A DNA stretch of 64,000 nucleotides from Geopsychrobacteraceae bacterium (GTDB lineage: Bacteria > Desulfobacterota > Desulfuromonadia > Desulfuromonadales > Geopsychrobacteraceae), in assembly GCA_963662315.1 (NCBI GenBank), contig OY759353.1, positions 3,584,001 through 3,648,000 of the forward strand, written 5' to 3'. Positions 1 through 10,540 of this stretch are shown one piece after another (the stretch's first letter is position 1; every line of letters starts with the position of its first letter). A program made the translations under genes and the position numbers. The notes beneath the pieces were generated by a model, which did no database searches, had not been told where the DNA came from, and saw only the letters and a list, made by a program, of their open reading frames with translations.

Positions 1-380
1 GCCGAGGCCATCAGGGTGACTTTGTCGGTGGCGCGATCAACCAGGAATGAGACATAGAATTCATCGGCAATGTTACTGGCATTTTCAACCAGTACCCGCT
101 TGACGATTTTTCCTTCCGGGCCGGTCTGGTGGGTGACCAGGGTCATGCCGAACATGGCGCGGGCATACTGTTTGACCTCGTCTGCTGTTTTTGCAATTTT
201 GACTCCGCCTCCTTTGCCTCTGCCGCCGGCATGAATCTGGGCCTTGACTGCCCAGGGACCTTCCCCAAGGCGCCGCGCCCAGTCGCGGGCCGAGTTACTG
301 TTGTAGACCACATGTCCATCTGGAACCGGAACACCAAAATTGCGCAGGATCGCTTTTGCCTGATACTCATGAATATTCAT
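1..380 (-). CDS. sucC: Succinyl-CoA synthetase beta subunit, 5' part (runs off the window start)
   Basis: Manual minus-strand translation from ATG at 380: MNIHEYQAKAILRNFGVPVP...AVKAQIHAGGRGKGGGVK, the SucC N-terminal signature; AGAGGA SD upstream. Not in the ORF track because it is truncated. Confidence 0.95.
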   Translation of the reverse strand, partial: MNIHEYQAKAILRNFGVPVPDGHVVYNSNSARDWARRLGEGPWAVKAQIHAGGRGKGGGVKIAKTADEVKQYARAMFGMTLVTHQTGPEGKIVKRVLVENASNIADEFYVSFLVDRATDKVTLMAS

Positions 381-561
381 TGTGTCCTCTTATGGTTGGT
401 GGAAAATAATAGAACCGTATTGCACCGCATCGAAAAGGAAAATATAAACGATATCATATGCTTTAGGTCTACCTGAGGGGGACGGTGAAGTCAAGGTGTA
501 GACGGAATAAATTGGTATGTTTAAAACAGAGGTTTGGAATACTTGCCCGTCAAGCGTTAAT

Positions 562-594
562 AAAAAAACCGGGCGTAATGTGCTCCGCCCGGTT
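562..594 (-). terminator. Probable intrinsic terminator downstream of transaldolase
   Basis: AACCGGGCG/CGCCCGGTT stem with an A7 run on the left, which reads as a U-tail on the minus strand. Confidence 0.75.
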
Positions 595-621
595 GATTTG
601 AAAGTTTTGAAGCAGCAAGAT

Positions 622-1263
622 TTATTTGGTTTTGTTCCAGTCGGCCAGGAACTTCTCAATCCCGGCATCGGTTAGCGGGTGTTTCGCCAGCTGAACCATG
701 ACGCCGTATGGAATCGTGCAAATGTCTGCACCGATGAGGCCTGCGTTCAGAACATGCATGGGCGACCGGACTGAAGCGACAATAATTTCCGAAGTATAGC
801 CATAGTTATCGTAAATGGTGCGGATCTGCTCAACCCCATCCATGCCTTCTTGAGCGATATCATCAAGACGACCGACAAATGGCGATACGTAGGTGGCCCC
901 GGCTTTGGCCGCCAGCAACGCTTGCAATGGCGAAAAGATCAGGGTGACATTGGTTTTAATTCCGTCCTGGCTGAACTGTTTCGTGGCTTTCAGTCCTTCG
1001 GTCGTCATCGGTACTTTGACGACGATGTTATCATGAATTTTTGCCAGTTCGCGCCCTTCCTTCAGCATTCCTTCAGCATCAAGGGCGATGACTTCAGCTG
1101 AAATCGGACCGTCGACAATACTGGTAATCTCGGTAATAACGTCCTTGAAGTCACGGCCACTTTTAGCAATCAAACTGGGATTGGTGGTGACGCCGTCGAC
1201 CAGCCCCAGGTCGTGGGCGGCACGGATTTCTTTAACTTCAGCGGTATCGATAAAAAACTTCAT
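622..1263 (-). CDS. tal: Transaldolase / fructose-6-phosphate aldolase family (short type)
   Basis: MKFFIDTA...GVTTNPSL...VVKVP...NVTLIFS...[11 protein letters not shown] motifs, 213 aa. Confidence 0.93.
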   Translation of the reverse strand: MKFFIDTAEVKEIRAAHDLGLVDGVTTNPSLIAKSGRDFKDVITEITSIVDGPISAEVIALDAEGMLKEGRELAKIHDNIVVKVPMTTEGLKATKQFSQDGIKTNVTLIFSPLQALLAAKAGATYVSPFVGRLDDIAQEGMDGVEQIRTIYDNYGYTSEIIVASVRSPMHVLNAGLIGADICTIPYGVMVQLAKHPLTDAGIEKFLADWNKTK

Positions 1264-1283
1264 GGTTGAGCTCCTTTACGCGT

Positions 1284-1535
1284 TTATTTTCGCTGGGCTT
1301 TTTTGAACTCCTGCAGGCATTTACGGGAACAGAAGTAATAGTCCCGGCCGTTGACTGTTGCCCGGATGGCATCTCCCTGAGGCAGATAGGTTCCACATTG
1401 CGGGTCTTCGACCATGGTTTCCCCTTCACGACGATGATTTTTCGGGGGGGACTGGCGGCCCGAACGAATTCTGAATGAAGTAACGAATGAATAGACTACA
1501 AAGCCGACCAGGGCCAGCATCAATAATTTGATCAT
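1284..1535 (-). CDS. Small membrane-anchored YHS/TRASH-like (PP0621-type) protein
   Basis: Likely start MIKLLML at 1535; N-terminal hydrophobic helix, then DPQCGTY...YYFCSRKC metal-binding motif. Confidence 0.75.
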   Translation of the reverse strand: MIKLLMLALVGFVVYSFVTSFRIRSGRQSPPKNHRREGETMVEDPQCGTYLPQGDAIRATVNGRDYYFCSRKCLQEFKKAQRK

Positions 1536-1539
1536 CAGT

Positions 1540-2037
1540 TCACCATGTCTGGTTAAGCTTTGAAATACCCTCTGCGGGGCCGAGTACTGCCAGAATTTGG
1601 GCCATATTTTGGTCGCTGACCGGGTGGCGTAAATCAGGAGCCAGGTCACACAAGGGCAGCAGAACAAAATGCCGTTGGTGTAAGCGCGGGTGTGGCAGAG
1701 TCAGAATAGCGCTGGACCAGACAAGGTCTGCATAGAGCAGCAGATCAATATCCAGGGTTCTGGGCCCCCAGCGCACCGAACGTTGCCGGCCACCATCATG
1801 TTCAAGTTGTTGACAGAATTTCAGCAGCGCTAATTCTGACAGGCTGGTTTCTATGGCTAGCACCGCATTAACATAATCCGGTTGCCCGGATGGACCACCG
1901 ACTGCCGGGGTCCGGTAAAGTGGTGAGCCCGCCACGATCCTGATCTGTGCATGGCTGGCCAACTGCTGCCGGGCCTGACGGAAAAGCACTACGGGATTTC
2001 CGATGTTTCCGCCAAAACCGAGAAATGCTCGACTCAT
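1540..2037 (-). CDS. folK: 2-amino-4-hydroxy-6-hydroxymethyldihydropteridine diphosphokinase
   Basis: AFLGFGGNIG, QPDYVNAV, RWGPRTLDIDLL, LPHPRLHQRHFVL motifs; start taken at MSRAF (2037). Confidence 0.95.
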   Translation of the reverse strand: MSRAFLGFGGNIGNPVVLFRQARQQLASHAQIRIVAGSPLYRTPAVGGPSGQPDYVNAVLAIETSLSELALLKFCQQLEHDGGRQRSVRWGPRTLDIDLLLYADLVWSSAILTLPHPRLHQRHFVLLPLCDLAPDLRHPVSDQNMAQILAVLGPAEGISKLNQTW

Positions 2038-2156
2038 TTGTTGTCCTGTCATAATCTGAGGCATTAAAGCATAGAGATTCGCTAAAATCAATTTGTATGG
2101 AAGTCCTGATCCGGAACCGGGTCTGGCGACGAGACAGGAGCAGGAAAGAACTGACC

Positions 2157-2546
2157 ATGACGCTTAACCTGACCATTGGTGTGACTGATCTTGACAAGAG
2201 TGAAGCCTTTTATCGTGATTTACTTGGCCTGCAGGTATTTTCTGCGCATAGGGATCAAGGTGGTGGCTATCTGCTGGTGGATTGCGGTAACTGTCAGCTG
2301 GTACTGCAACCGGTGACCACGTTGATGGCGACCCATCCCGTGCTGTTTCAGAATTTTTCCCGTCAGCAGCCGGGCAACGGTGTCCAGTTTGAATTGACCT
2401 GCTGCAATCTGGATAAGGTGATGAAACAGTTAGAGAGGCACCAGTGGCCGGTTCATTATGAGCTGGATGATCAGGAACATGGTCGCCGTGAACTGTGGGT
2501 ACAGGACCCGGACGGCTATCTGCTGGTTCTCAATCAGGAATACTGA
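2157..2546 (+). CDS. VOC/glyoxalase family protein
   Basis: VTDLDKSEAFYRDLLGL and GRRELWVQDPDGYLL motifs; start at MTLNL after AGGAAAG. Confidence 0.85.
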   Translation: MTLNLTIGVTDLDKSEAFYRDLLGLQVFSAHRDQGGGYLLVDCGNCQLVLQPVTTLMATHPVLFQNFSRQQPGNGVQFELTCCNLDKVMKQLERHQWPVHYELDDQEHGRRELWVQDPDGYLLVLNQEY

Positions 2547-2580
2547 TCTGGAAAAGGCATTTCAGGAAGAAGGTGCCCAC

Positions 2581-2637
2581 AGGGGAGGATGAGGGGGGGG
2601 ACGTGCTGTTTCCCCCCTCCCTCAGGGAGGGGGGGGA
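2581..2637. repeat. G/C-tract palindrome (REP-like hairpin) between convergent genes
   Basis: CCCCCCTCCC-TCA-GGGAGGGGGG 10-bp stem preceded by G-runs; similar in style to 44644-44689. Confidence 0.55.
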
Positions 2638-2678
2638 TTGGTAAATCATTCGGTGTGCAATGGTTCGGTTGCCGATAA

Positions 2679-3950
2679 TCAGGCGTAACCTTCCGGCTGG
2701 CCGAGCATGCCGCGGGTGACCAGCACAATTCCTTTACTGGTAATGCGAAAACCGTTTCTTTTATCGATTTCAGGGTCGTAGCCGATCACTGTACCAGCAG
2801 GAATCTCGCAACCACGATCAATGATGGCGCGGCGGATTTTACAGTTGCGGTTAACGACTGTTTCCGGCAGCAGAACTGTTTCGTCGATGTTGCAGTAGGA
2901 ATGGACACGGACGTTGGAGAACAACAGTGTCTTATTCAGTTGGGAACCGGAGATGATACAGCCTCCCGAAACCGTCGAATCGACGGCCATGCCGCGGCGA
3001 TGATCGTCGTTAAAGACAAATTTGGCTGGCGGCAGGTGCATCTGGTAGGTCCAGATCGGCCAGTCTGGATCGTACAGATTCAATTCCGGAGAGGGGGAAA
3101 TTAACTCCATGTTAGCTTCCCAGAAGGCATCCAGGGTTCCGACATCGCGCCAATAGGCACGCCCGCCGGTTTCCGGATCGCGAAACGGAAAGGCGTAGAC
3201 ATCATGATCTTTGATTATTGAGGGGATGATATTTTTACCGAAGTCGTGCTCTGATTCAGGATCTTTACCATCGCGCCTGAGGTTTTCGAAAAGAAAATCG
3301 GTATTGAAGATGTAATTTCCCATCGATGCCAGAGTCATTCCCGGTTCCCCTGGAATGGGAGCCGGATTCTGCGGTTTTTCCTGAAAACCGATAATTTTGT
3401 TGTTCTCATCAACTTCCATAACACCGAAGGCACCTGCAGCTTCTTCGATAGGTACCTCAAGACAGGAAACAGTCATATCCGCACCCGATTCGACATGTTG
3501 CAGCAGCATGGAGCGGTAATCCATGGTATATACGTGGTCACCGGAAAGAACGAGCACATATTTCGGTTTCTCGGCACGAATAATATCGAGATTCTGATAT
3601 ACGGCATCGGCTGTCCCAAGATACCACTCATCGTTAAAACGTTGGGACGCGGGGAGAACTTCGACAAATTCACCCAGTTCTTTCTTAAAGTGGCTCCAGC
3701 CGCGCACCAGATGGCGGATCAGGGAGTGGGACTTGTACTGGGTCAGGACTCCGATTCTGCGAATTCCTGAATTAATGCAGTTGGACAGGGGGAAATCGAT
3801 AATCCGGTATTTTCCGCCAAAATAAACGGCAGGTTTGGCGCGCCAGTCGGTCAGCTCGTAAAGGCGAGATCCACGGCCTCCGGCGAGAACCAGGGCGAAC
3901 GTATCTTTAACCAGGTGATCAACATAGCGGTAAACAATGTGATTGGACAT
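2679..3950 (-). CDS. glgC: Glucose-1-phosphate adenylyltransferase
   Basis: LAGGRGSRL...[50 protein letters not shown]; start MSNH at 3950 after AGGAGG. Confidence 0.97.
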   Translation of the reverse strand: MSNHIVYRYVDHLVKDTFALVLAGGRGSRLYELTDWRAKPAVYFGGKYRIIDFPLSNCINSGIRRIGVLTQYKSHSLIRHLVRGWSHFKKELGEFVEVLPASQRFNDEWYLGTADAVYQNLDIIRAEKPKYVLVLSGDHVYTMDYRSMLLQHVESGADMTVSCLEVPIEEAAGAFGVMEVDENNKIIGFQEKPQNPAPIPGEPGMTLASMGNYIFNTDFLFENLRRDGKDPESEHDFGKNIIPSIIKDHDVYAFPFRDPETGGRAYWRDVGTLDAFWEANMELISPSPELNLYDPDWPIWTYQMHLPPAKFVFNDDHRRGMAVDSTVSGGCIISGSQLNKTLLFSNVRVHSYCNIDETVLLPETVVNRNCKIRRAIIDRGCEIPAGTVIGYDPEIDKRNGFRITSKGIVLVTRGMLGQPEGYA

Positions 3951-4157
3951 GAAACCTCCTCGGCAGTTGAATGGCATGGGGTGAGGCCCGATGGAAGAGA
4001 AAACAGCTCTATAAAAGATAGTCTCTTTTTCTGTTGCCAGCAACATCACCTTAATAAATATTTACAAATATCCATTCTTTCTTAGTGTTGGAAAATTTCC
4101 GCCTGTGGATCTTCAGTGTTTTTCCGGGCCAATTCATTGCAGGATCTTACACCGGAG

Positions 4158-5030
4158 CTATTTGCTTATAGCTGCATTCAGATGTGGTTGCTTTCCCCAG
4201 CGCTCATGCAGGATCAGGGAAAAGAGCAGGACCACGCCACCAATACTCAAACGCACCAGATCCGCATCGCGGTTCCAGATCAGCAGGTTGACAATCAGGC
4301 CGGCAGGGATCAGGGCGTTATTCATGATCGCCAGGGTTCCGGCATCGACCTTGGTTGCTCCTTTGTTCCAGAAAAAATACCCCAGTCCTGAAGCCACAAC
4401 TCCCAGATAGGTGAGAATACCCCACTGCAGCGAAGTGGTTGGCAGTTTTGCCGGGTTGCCAAACAGGAACCAGGTGATGATGGTGACGACCAGCGCACCA
4501 AGATAGAAATAACCGAAGATGGAACGTTGTGACAGGGACGGCTGCTCTTTGGCCAGCAGTACTTTGTAGCCAACCTGTCCCAGGGCAAAGCAGATATTGG
4601 CACCTTGAACGACCAGGAAACCAGTGAAAATTTGATCGCCGATCCCATTGTAACGGATGATTCCGGCACCCAAAACCGCCAGCAGCGCCGTTGCCAGGTA
4701 TCTGGCGCTGAATCTCCCCTGCAGCAGATCAAAAATCAGGGTGACATAAACGGGGGTCAGGATGGTGAAAATAAGAACTTCCGGCACGCTCAGCAGCAGA
4801 AACGACTGGTAGTAGAAAACATACATGAAGCCCAGCTGGATAGCTCCCAGAGCCATCATCTTCACGGCCAGTTTGACTGGTGCCGGGCGTAAAAACGGTA
4901 GAAATACAATTGCTGCCAGGGCGACCCGGGTTAAAACGGAAAAATAAGCATCAACCTGCCCGGCCAGATAAACACCGATCAGACTGAATGAAAAAGCCCA
5001 CAAAAACGTAATTGCTGTTAAATACCACAT
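4158..5030 (-). CDS. EamA/DMT family transporter (YigM-like)
   Basis: About 10 hydrophobic helices; LWAFSFSLIG and SGLGYFFWNKG motifs. Confidence 0.85.
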   Translation of the reverse strand: MWYLTAITFLWAFSFSLIGVYLAGQVDAYFSVLTRVALAAIVFLPFLRPAPVKLAVKMMALGAIQLGFMYVFYYQSFLLLSVPEVLIFTILTPVYVTLIFDLLQGRFSARYLATALLAVLGAGIIRYNGIGDQIFTGFLVVQGANICFALGQVGYKVLLAKEQPSLSQRSIFGYFYLGALVVTIITWFLFGNPAKLPTTSLQWGILTYLGVVASGLGYFFWNKGATKVDAGTLAIMNNALIPAGLIVNLLIWNRDADLVRLSIGGVVLLFSLILHERWGKQPHLNAAISK

Positions 5031-5254
5031 CTAAAATTCCTTCTTATAAAACCCAATTTCAGCCGTAATCAATCGCTGAAGGCATCATGCCGTGAATGAA
5101 CATTTCTCGTCAACCTAAAAATATTTATTGGTTGACTAGTGAAGGAATCTTTTCTGATCTGCACTGTCAGCCGATCTCTTTATCAGGAAATGTCGCTAAA
5201 AAAGACCAGCTTGAAGTAGAAATTGCCGATAAAAGGGCTGCCGCCAAACAGAAT

Positions 5255-7192
5255 TCAGTCGGTTTCAGTGCGGTTACGGCCAAGATGTTTTGCCCGGTAG
5301 AGTGCCGTATCGGCACGTTGGATAATGGTGTCGATATTGTCCGATGTTGTGCTCAGGGTAGTTCCAAAACTTGCGGTCCGTTTGCCAACCTCTGAAAATG
5401 TATAGTTGGCAATTGCCAGGCGCAGATGTTCGGCAACTTCAAACAACCCTTCGGGGTTGGTTTTGGGGCAGATAATCATGAACTCTTCACCGCCCCAGCG
5501 ACCGATGGTGTCGGTTTTGCGGGTATGCTCCTTGAGTATGCCCGCAATCTCTTTCAAAAACTGATCTCCGGTCTGATGGCCATAGGTGTCATTGATCTGT
5601 TTGAAATGATCAATGTCCATAATGATGACCCCTACCTGATTTTCGAAACGAATGGCGCGGGCAAATTCATGGTCAAGAATTTCATCGAGCTTATGACGAT
5701 TGGCCAGCCCTGTCAGACGGTCGGTCAGGGCCAGGGTTTCCAGCAGCTCTGCTTCACGTTGATTCAACTTTTCACGAATTTCCAGCTCAATCAGTTGGCG
5801 CGTTTTGGCGTTGAGAGCTTTGATCATGGCATTGAAATTTCTCTTCAGGGTATCAATTTCCTCTAACCCAACATCGTGGAGTGGTGTGGTGGCCATATGA
5901 TCGCCGAGGTCGCAGGTGGCGTCAGAGAGCTTTTTAATCGGGGTGGCGATCAGGGTGGCCAACCGGATGGACTTGCGGCGCAGGTACCAGAAAAACAGGG
6001 CATAGAAAAACAACATGGAGATAATCGCGAAAATTCCCAGTTGATAGGTTAACTCTTCCAGGGAATAAATTTTCTTAAAGATCAGTGATTTATCCACCAG
6101 GGTAAAGAGCCGCCATCCAGTCTGAGGAATAATCTCCTGGCTGGTCAGGTAGGCTGTGCCGTTGATGTCGATTTCGCCGGTAGGTTGTTGTTTAAGAAAG
6201 ATTTCCCGCAGTTGCTGAAGGGCTGGGAACTGCGCTGGGGACAACAGGTTGTTTGCCGCACTCGGGTCCAGGATTTCGGAACTCTGGGTATCGGCATGTT
6301 CTTGCAACTCGGGCAGGTTCAGAAGTTTGCTGGTTTTGGGTAATGCGGCAAGGATACGCCCGTCCCCAGAAGCCATGAACGTCTGGGCGTCCCAGTGCAA
6401 CTGAAGGTTAAGGACCTGATCAATAAAAATTTTGATGGTGACATCAAGGCCGCTGACCCCTTCCAGAAAGTTTCCCCGGTAAATAGGAATAATATTGGAA
6501 ATCATCCACCCCTGACCAGCCGGGTCCAGGTATTCTCCGGTCCAGACCGGTCCTCTCGTGGGATTATGCTGCTGATCCGCCAGATAGTAAAAGTTGTATT
6601 TGGTCACGTCAAGTGTCGGGCCGAATTGATCCGGGATATTGTCAATGTAAGGGTAAATGCGAATCATATTATCCCAGGTGTTTAAGTACGCCTGGGAGAT
6701 AACCGGGCTGATGTTCACGACAGAACGCATGAAAGTGTCGAGTTTCTCACTGCACCTGGCTTTATGGAACTGCGCCGCCTGAAGCTCTGTGTTGGCTGAG
6801 TAATAGAGCCCGCTGCCACCAGTATTCACATGTTTATAAAAAACCCCATTGGCATGGAAGCGGTAATTTGCGGCGTTGTCGGGGAGCAGACAGCGGCCCG
6901 TGGCAAGGTTCGCAAAAAAATCTTGGTGAGCCTGCTGCATAATAGCTGCATAGCGGGATACTTCGTTTAGCTGCGTGTCAATTTTGGCCGCTTCGCGCTG
7001 GGTGACCTCCTGCAGATGCTGAGCGACTTCCGTGAGCAGGGTGGTTTGATTCTGGCTGGAGATATAGCTGTTGGTTCCAAAATAAAGCATCAGCAAGACG
7101 AGCTCAATCATCAGGATCGGCACCAGTGCGCTGGTCAGATAGCTGCGGTAAATAACGGCCTGCAGATTACTGGAATGCTTCATAGGCATCAA
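5255..7192 (-). CDS. Membrane diguanylate cyclase with a periplasmic Cache-type sensor and HAMP-like linker
   Basis: Two TM helices flank a Cache-like region (WTGEYLDPAGQGW); TDRLTGLANR and RKTD (I-site)...GGEEF; exact start uncertain (7192/7189/7183). Confidence 0.9.
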   Translation of the reverse strand: MMPMKHSSNLQAVIYRSYLTSALVPILMIELVLLMLYFGTNSYISSQNQTTLLTEVAQHLQEVTQREAAKIDTQLNEVSRYAAIMQQAHQDFFANLATGRCLLPDNAANYRFHANGVFYKHVNTGGSGLYYSANTELQAAQFHKARCSEKLDTFMRSVVNISPVISQAYLNTWDNMIRIYPYIDNIPDQFGPTLDVTKYNFYYLADQQHNPTRGPVWTGEYLDPAGQGWMISNIIPIYRGNFLEGVSGLDVTIKIFIDQVLNLQLHWDAQTFMASGDGRILAALPKTSKLLNLPELQEHADTQSSEILDPSAANNLLSPAQFPALQQLREIFLKQQPTGEIDINGTAYLTSQEIIPQTGWRLFTLVDKSLIFKKIYSLEELTYQLGIFAIISMLFFYALFFWYLRRKSIRLATLIATPIKKLSDATCDLGDHMATTPLHDVGLEEIDTLKRNFNAMIKALNAKTRQLIELEIREKLNQREAELLETLALTDRLTGLANRHKLDEILDHEFARAIRFENQVGVIIMDIDHFKQINDTYGHQTGDQFLKEIAGILKEHTRKTDTIGRWGGEEFMIICPKTNPEGLFEVAEHLRLAIANYTFSEVGKRTASFGTTLSTTSDNIDTIIQRADTALYRAKHLGRNRTETD

Positions 7193-7325
7193 CTTGTTGA
7201 TTAAATACAGTTACTTAACGAGTCACTAAAGTTTACTCTTTTTATCATAAATGTGCAAATGATAACTGTAACACCCTTAAACAAGGTGCTGGGCTGTTTC
7301 TCGGGACGCAGAAAAGGACAAATGA

Positions 7326-7369
7326 AACTGCCCGAGAAATTCATCCTTGGGACAAATTTTCGGGCAGTT
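7326..7369. terminator. Stem-loop downstream of the MCP gene
   Basis: AACTGCCCGA...TCGGGCAGTT inverted repeat just past the MCP stop codon. Confidence 0.55.
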
Positions 7370-7404
7370 ATTATGACATAAGGAAGACTTTCGTTACGGG
7401 GCGG

Positions 7405-9543
7405 TTAATGCTTTGGTCGCCAATTATCAGGGTGATTCTGGCGCATGGCCAACTGGGGCATCTGAGGACGGCCTAGATCGATCCAGCCTCCGGCCCTGGT
7501 CTGCTCCTTTTGAGCGCTATATTGTAGCGACTGACTGGCAAGGCTGTTGTCAAAGCTGATTTTAAAGCCGCTCAACAGTCTATGCAATTGCTCAGCCTGA
7601 CCAGACAGCTCCTCTGCGGCGGTTGCGCTTTCTTCGGCACTGCCGGTATTGCGCTGGGTGACCTCATCAATCTGGTTGAGGCCGGCTGTCATCTGGGTGA
7701 TGCCCTGTGATTGCTCACTGGATGCAGCCGCGATCTCTTCGAGCAGGTCCGAAACCTTATTGGTCCCGGTGAGTATATCTTTGAGGGCTGCAGCGGTTTG
7801 CTCGGCAATCTGGGCACCACGATTGGTCAGTGATACCGATCCTTCGATCAGTTCTGCTGTCTCACGCGCTGCCTTGGCACTGCGGGCCGCCAAGTTGCGC
7901 ACCTCTTCGGCCACAACGGCGAAGCCTTTGCCATGCTGACCGGCACGCGCCGCTTCAACGGCCGCGTTGAGGGCCAGCAGGTTGGTCTGGAAAGCGATCT
8001 CATCAATGACTTTAATAATCTTACTGATATTCTGGCCGGCAAGGGTAATTTCGTTCATAGCCGAAACCATCTCGGTCATCTGGAGGTCCCCTTTTTCAGC
8101 GGCAATTTTTGATTCACTCGATAGCTGGTTGGCGGCACTGGCGTTGTGGGCGTTGGTCTGAACCTGAGTGGACATCAGATTCATGGATGCAGTGACTTCT
8201 TCAAAGGAACTGGCCGACTCAGTAGCGCCCTGTGACAGTTCTTCACTGGTCGCTGCGACCTGCCCCGCGCCCGAGGCGATCTGCTCAGCTGCCATCTGGG
8301 TCTGGCTGAGAATATCGCGTAAGCTGCTGACCATTGTCTGTAGGGCGATGCCCAGTTTGTCCCGCTCTGATGCCAGGGTGACCTGGCAGGTTAAATCTCC
8401 ATCGGCGATCTGCTCAGCGAGTTGAACCTTCTCTTTTAATTTACCCACCATCATGCGGATTGCAGCGTAAAGACTGGTTGGCTTACCGCATTTATCGTTC
8501 AGTTCGATATCCAGATCGCCATCAGCAACCTGGCGGGCGATGGCGATAACGTCGGCTGGTTCGCCGCCCATCATGCACATGATCATCCTGCTGATAAAAA
8601 ACGCAACAGCCGCACCGACAACAATTGCAAAGGTATTAAGAAGAACGATAATCAGGGTTGCCTTGTTGCTGGTTGCCTGCAGCTGTGGACCCAGCTGCTC
8701 TGCAATCTGTTTAATGTTGTCGGTAATGCCAGCGCTGGCTTCAGCGATTTCAGGGCCGAGCTTGTCCATGGAGTTGCTGATGATGCCGTTGTGCTGGTTG
8801 GTGATGGCGGAAATTTTGTTCAGGGTGGCTTGATAGTTGTCTGTGTGATTGCCGACTTCTGTCAGGAGCCGCTTATGCTCGCCAGAGGTAAACAGGGTTT
8901 GCGCTTTGGTCAGTTCCCGGGACAGACCGGTCAGCTCATTATGAGCCTGGTTAATGGTGTTGTCGTCGTTGGTTGCCATATACTTCTGTACGAAAAGGCG
9001 TCCCAGCAACAGTTTACGCAATGCGGAAGCCATGACATACATGGCTTCCGGCTGATCAGATTCTTTGGCACTGATAAGCAGTTTATTCAGGTTTTCGTCA
9101 ATGATCGCACCACTTGGCACTAGCGATGTATTGAACAGGCTGGTTCGCTCCATCTTCAGGGCGGTCACATCATTAAACGCTTTTTGGTAATCAAGTAGTG
9201 CGTTGTCTATCTGATCAAGCTTATCTACTCGCTCGGCTTCCCTGATAACGGTGCGGGCACTGGTTACACTGTCTTTTGTTTTGCTGAAATAATTTTTGAA
9301 CCCATTGAGCTCACGCTCCTGTTCACTGGTGATGTAGCTTTTGGCATTAAGCCGTACCATGAGCATTTTTGTCTGGACGTCAGTGGCCAAGGTTGCTTCC
9401 TGGGCCATGTGACGGTAGGAGTTGACTCCATCGGTGATGTTATTCAAAGAGTTGTAGGCGAGGATGCCGACGATGGTGAGCAGGAGAAGGATACTAAAAA
9501 AACCGGAATACAAGAGTTTTGCCAAACTGATCTTTTTAAACAT
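7405..9543 (-). CDS. Methyl-accepting chemotaxis protein with a large helical periplasmic domain
   Basis: [37 protein letters not shown] signalling hairpin; two TM helices; HAMP-like segments. Confidence 0.96.
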   Translation of the reverse strand: MFKKISLAKLLYSGFFSILLLLTIVGILAYNSLNNITDGVNSYRHMAQEATLATDVQTKMLMVRLNAKSYITSEQERELNGFKNYFSKTKDSVTSARTVIREAERVDKLDQIDNALLDYQKAFNDVTALKMERTSLFNTSLVPSGAIIDENLNKLLISAKESDQPEAMYVMASALRKLLLGRLFVQKYMATNDDNTINQAHNELTGLSRELTKAQTLFTSGEHKRLLTEVGNHTDNYQATLNKISAITNQHNGIISNSMDKLGPEIAEASAGITDNIKQIAEQLGPQLQATSNKATLIIVLLNTFAIVVGAAVAFFISRMIMCMMGGEPADVIAIARQVADGDLDIELNDKCGKPTSLYAAIRMMVGKLKEKVQLAEQIADGDLTCQVTLASERDKLGIALQTMVSSLRDILSQTQMAAEQIASGAGQVAATSEELSQGATESASSFEEVTASMNLMSTQVQTNAHNASAANQLSSESKIAAEKGDLQMTEMVSAMNEITLAGQNISKIIKVIDEIAFQTNLLALNAAVEAARAGQHGKGFAVVAEEVRNLAARSAKAARETAELIEGSVSLTNRGAQIAEQTAAALKDILTGTNKVSDLLEEIAAASSEQSQGITQMTAGLNQIDEVTQRNTGSAEESATAAEELSGQAEQLHRLLSGFKISFDNSLASQSLQYSAQKEQTRAGGWIDLGRPQMPQLAMRQNHPDNWRPKH

Positions 9544-9791
9544 TTGAATCCCCCAATAGTCGTGTTAATTGCTTGAAAATCGATATATGGTTAATTATCC
9601 CTAATCAGATAGAAGCATGGTGTTACATAGATGTCAATTGAAATTAATTTGAGTTTATTAACTTTAATTGTTGCGGTTTTTTAAGATCTTAGGATGATTG
9701 AAAAATATTAGAGATTTGTAAATTTCACCAAACGAACAAGGTGCTGAAAGCCAATAACGGCTGCGGCTGGGAAAGGTTATCGTCTTAGTAT

Positions 9792-10430
9792 CTAACTGTT
9801 CGCTGTTAACGAGCACACACCGTGTGTCGTGCGGATATGGGCGATCAGTTGCGGGATCTGCCCTGCTGTGATGGCGACCGGTTCAGTTAGATTGATGGCG
9901 GTCAGGAGCTGGTTGAGTCGCTCCGGATGCGGGTGACGCAACTCCAGTTGTTCGAGCCTGAGCCCCTGATCCCTCAGTCTGGCGGCCGGGTGCTGCATGG
10001 GCGGCCATTGAATCAGAGCCGGAGCCGCTCCTCCCAAGGGGAGGGAACCGTCTTTGGGTATGGTGATCTGCCAGTGTAGCAGGCCGCGAAACATCGCTTC
10101 AACCGGCCCGAGTTGTTTAGTGACCCAGCCTGGAATCGTGTCGATAGCCGTGGTTCTCGCGACCCAGGTGGCAAGCGTGGGTGGGCTGTCGAGTGTGAGG
10201 TCATCAAGAGCAAACCATCGTGGACGTTCAGGAGACGGAAGAGTCGGGCTGCAGGCAATGACTTCAAGGTAGCAGTCTGGGCCGAGAGAGAGCAACAGGT
10301 TATGGGTACCCATAAGCGGATGTTCACCCCCTGGCTGCATGGAAACACCAAGTTGCTGCTCAATCCATTGCCTGCCAGTGGTGAGATCAGGTGCGGTAAA
10401 AACCAGGTGGTCTATGTGGGCAGCTGCCAT
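9792..10430 (-). CDS. VOC family (glyoxalase_3-like) protein
   Basis: IDHLV...GGEHPLMGTHNLLLSLG..YLEVIA motif. Confidence 0.88.
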   Translation of the reverse strand: MAAAHIDHLVFTAPDLTTGRQWIEQQLGVSMQPGGEHPLMGTHNLLLSLGPDCYLEVIACSPTLPSPERPRWFALDDLTLDSPPTLATWVARTTAIDTIPGWVTKQLGPVEAMFRGLLHWQITIPKDGSLPLGGAAPALIQWPPMQHPAARLRDQGLRLEQLELRHPHPERLNQLLTAINLTEPVAITAGQIPQLIAHIRTTHGVCSLTANS

Positions 10431-10540
10431 GGAGTCATCCTCTGTGTAGCCTCTATGCGAAAGAGAAACAGCGCTTATCTATGTGTCATTTTGCGGAGAA
10501 TTTTGCCGTTTGTAATCCAACTGGAAAGAAATTCACACCT

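Noticed and set aside
129..476. 115-aa plus-strand ORF at the window start
   Set aside because: Antisense shadow of sucC.
7295..7370. GGGACGCAGAAAAGG as a possible c-di-GMP-I riboswitch
   Set aside because: Lacks the GGCAAA/GNRA P2 and P3 features and is on the wrong strand for the flanking genes; the nearby hairpin fits a terminator.
7405..7430. MCP C-terminus DNWRPKH as an NWETF-type CheR/CheB tether
   Set aside because: Does not end in the required aromatic residue.
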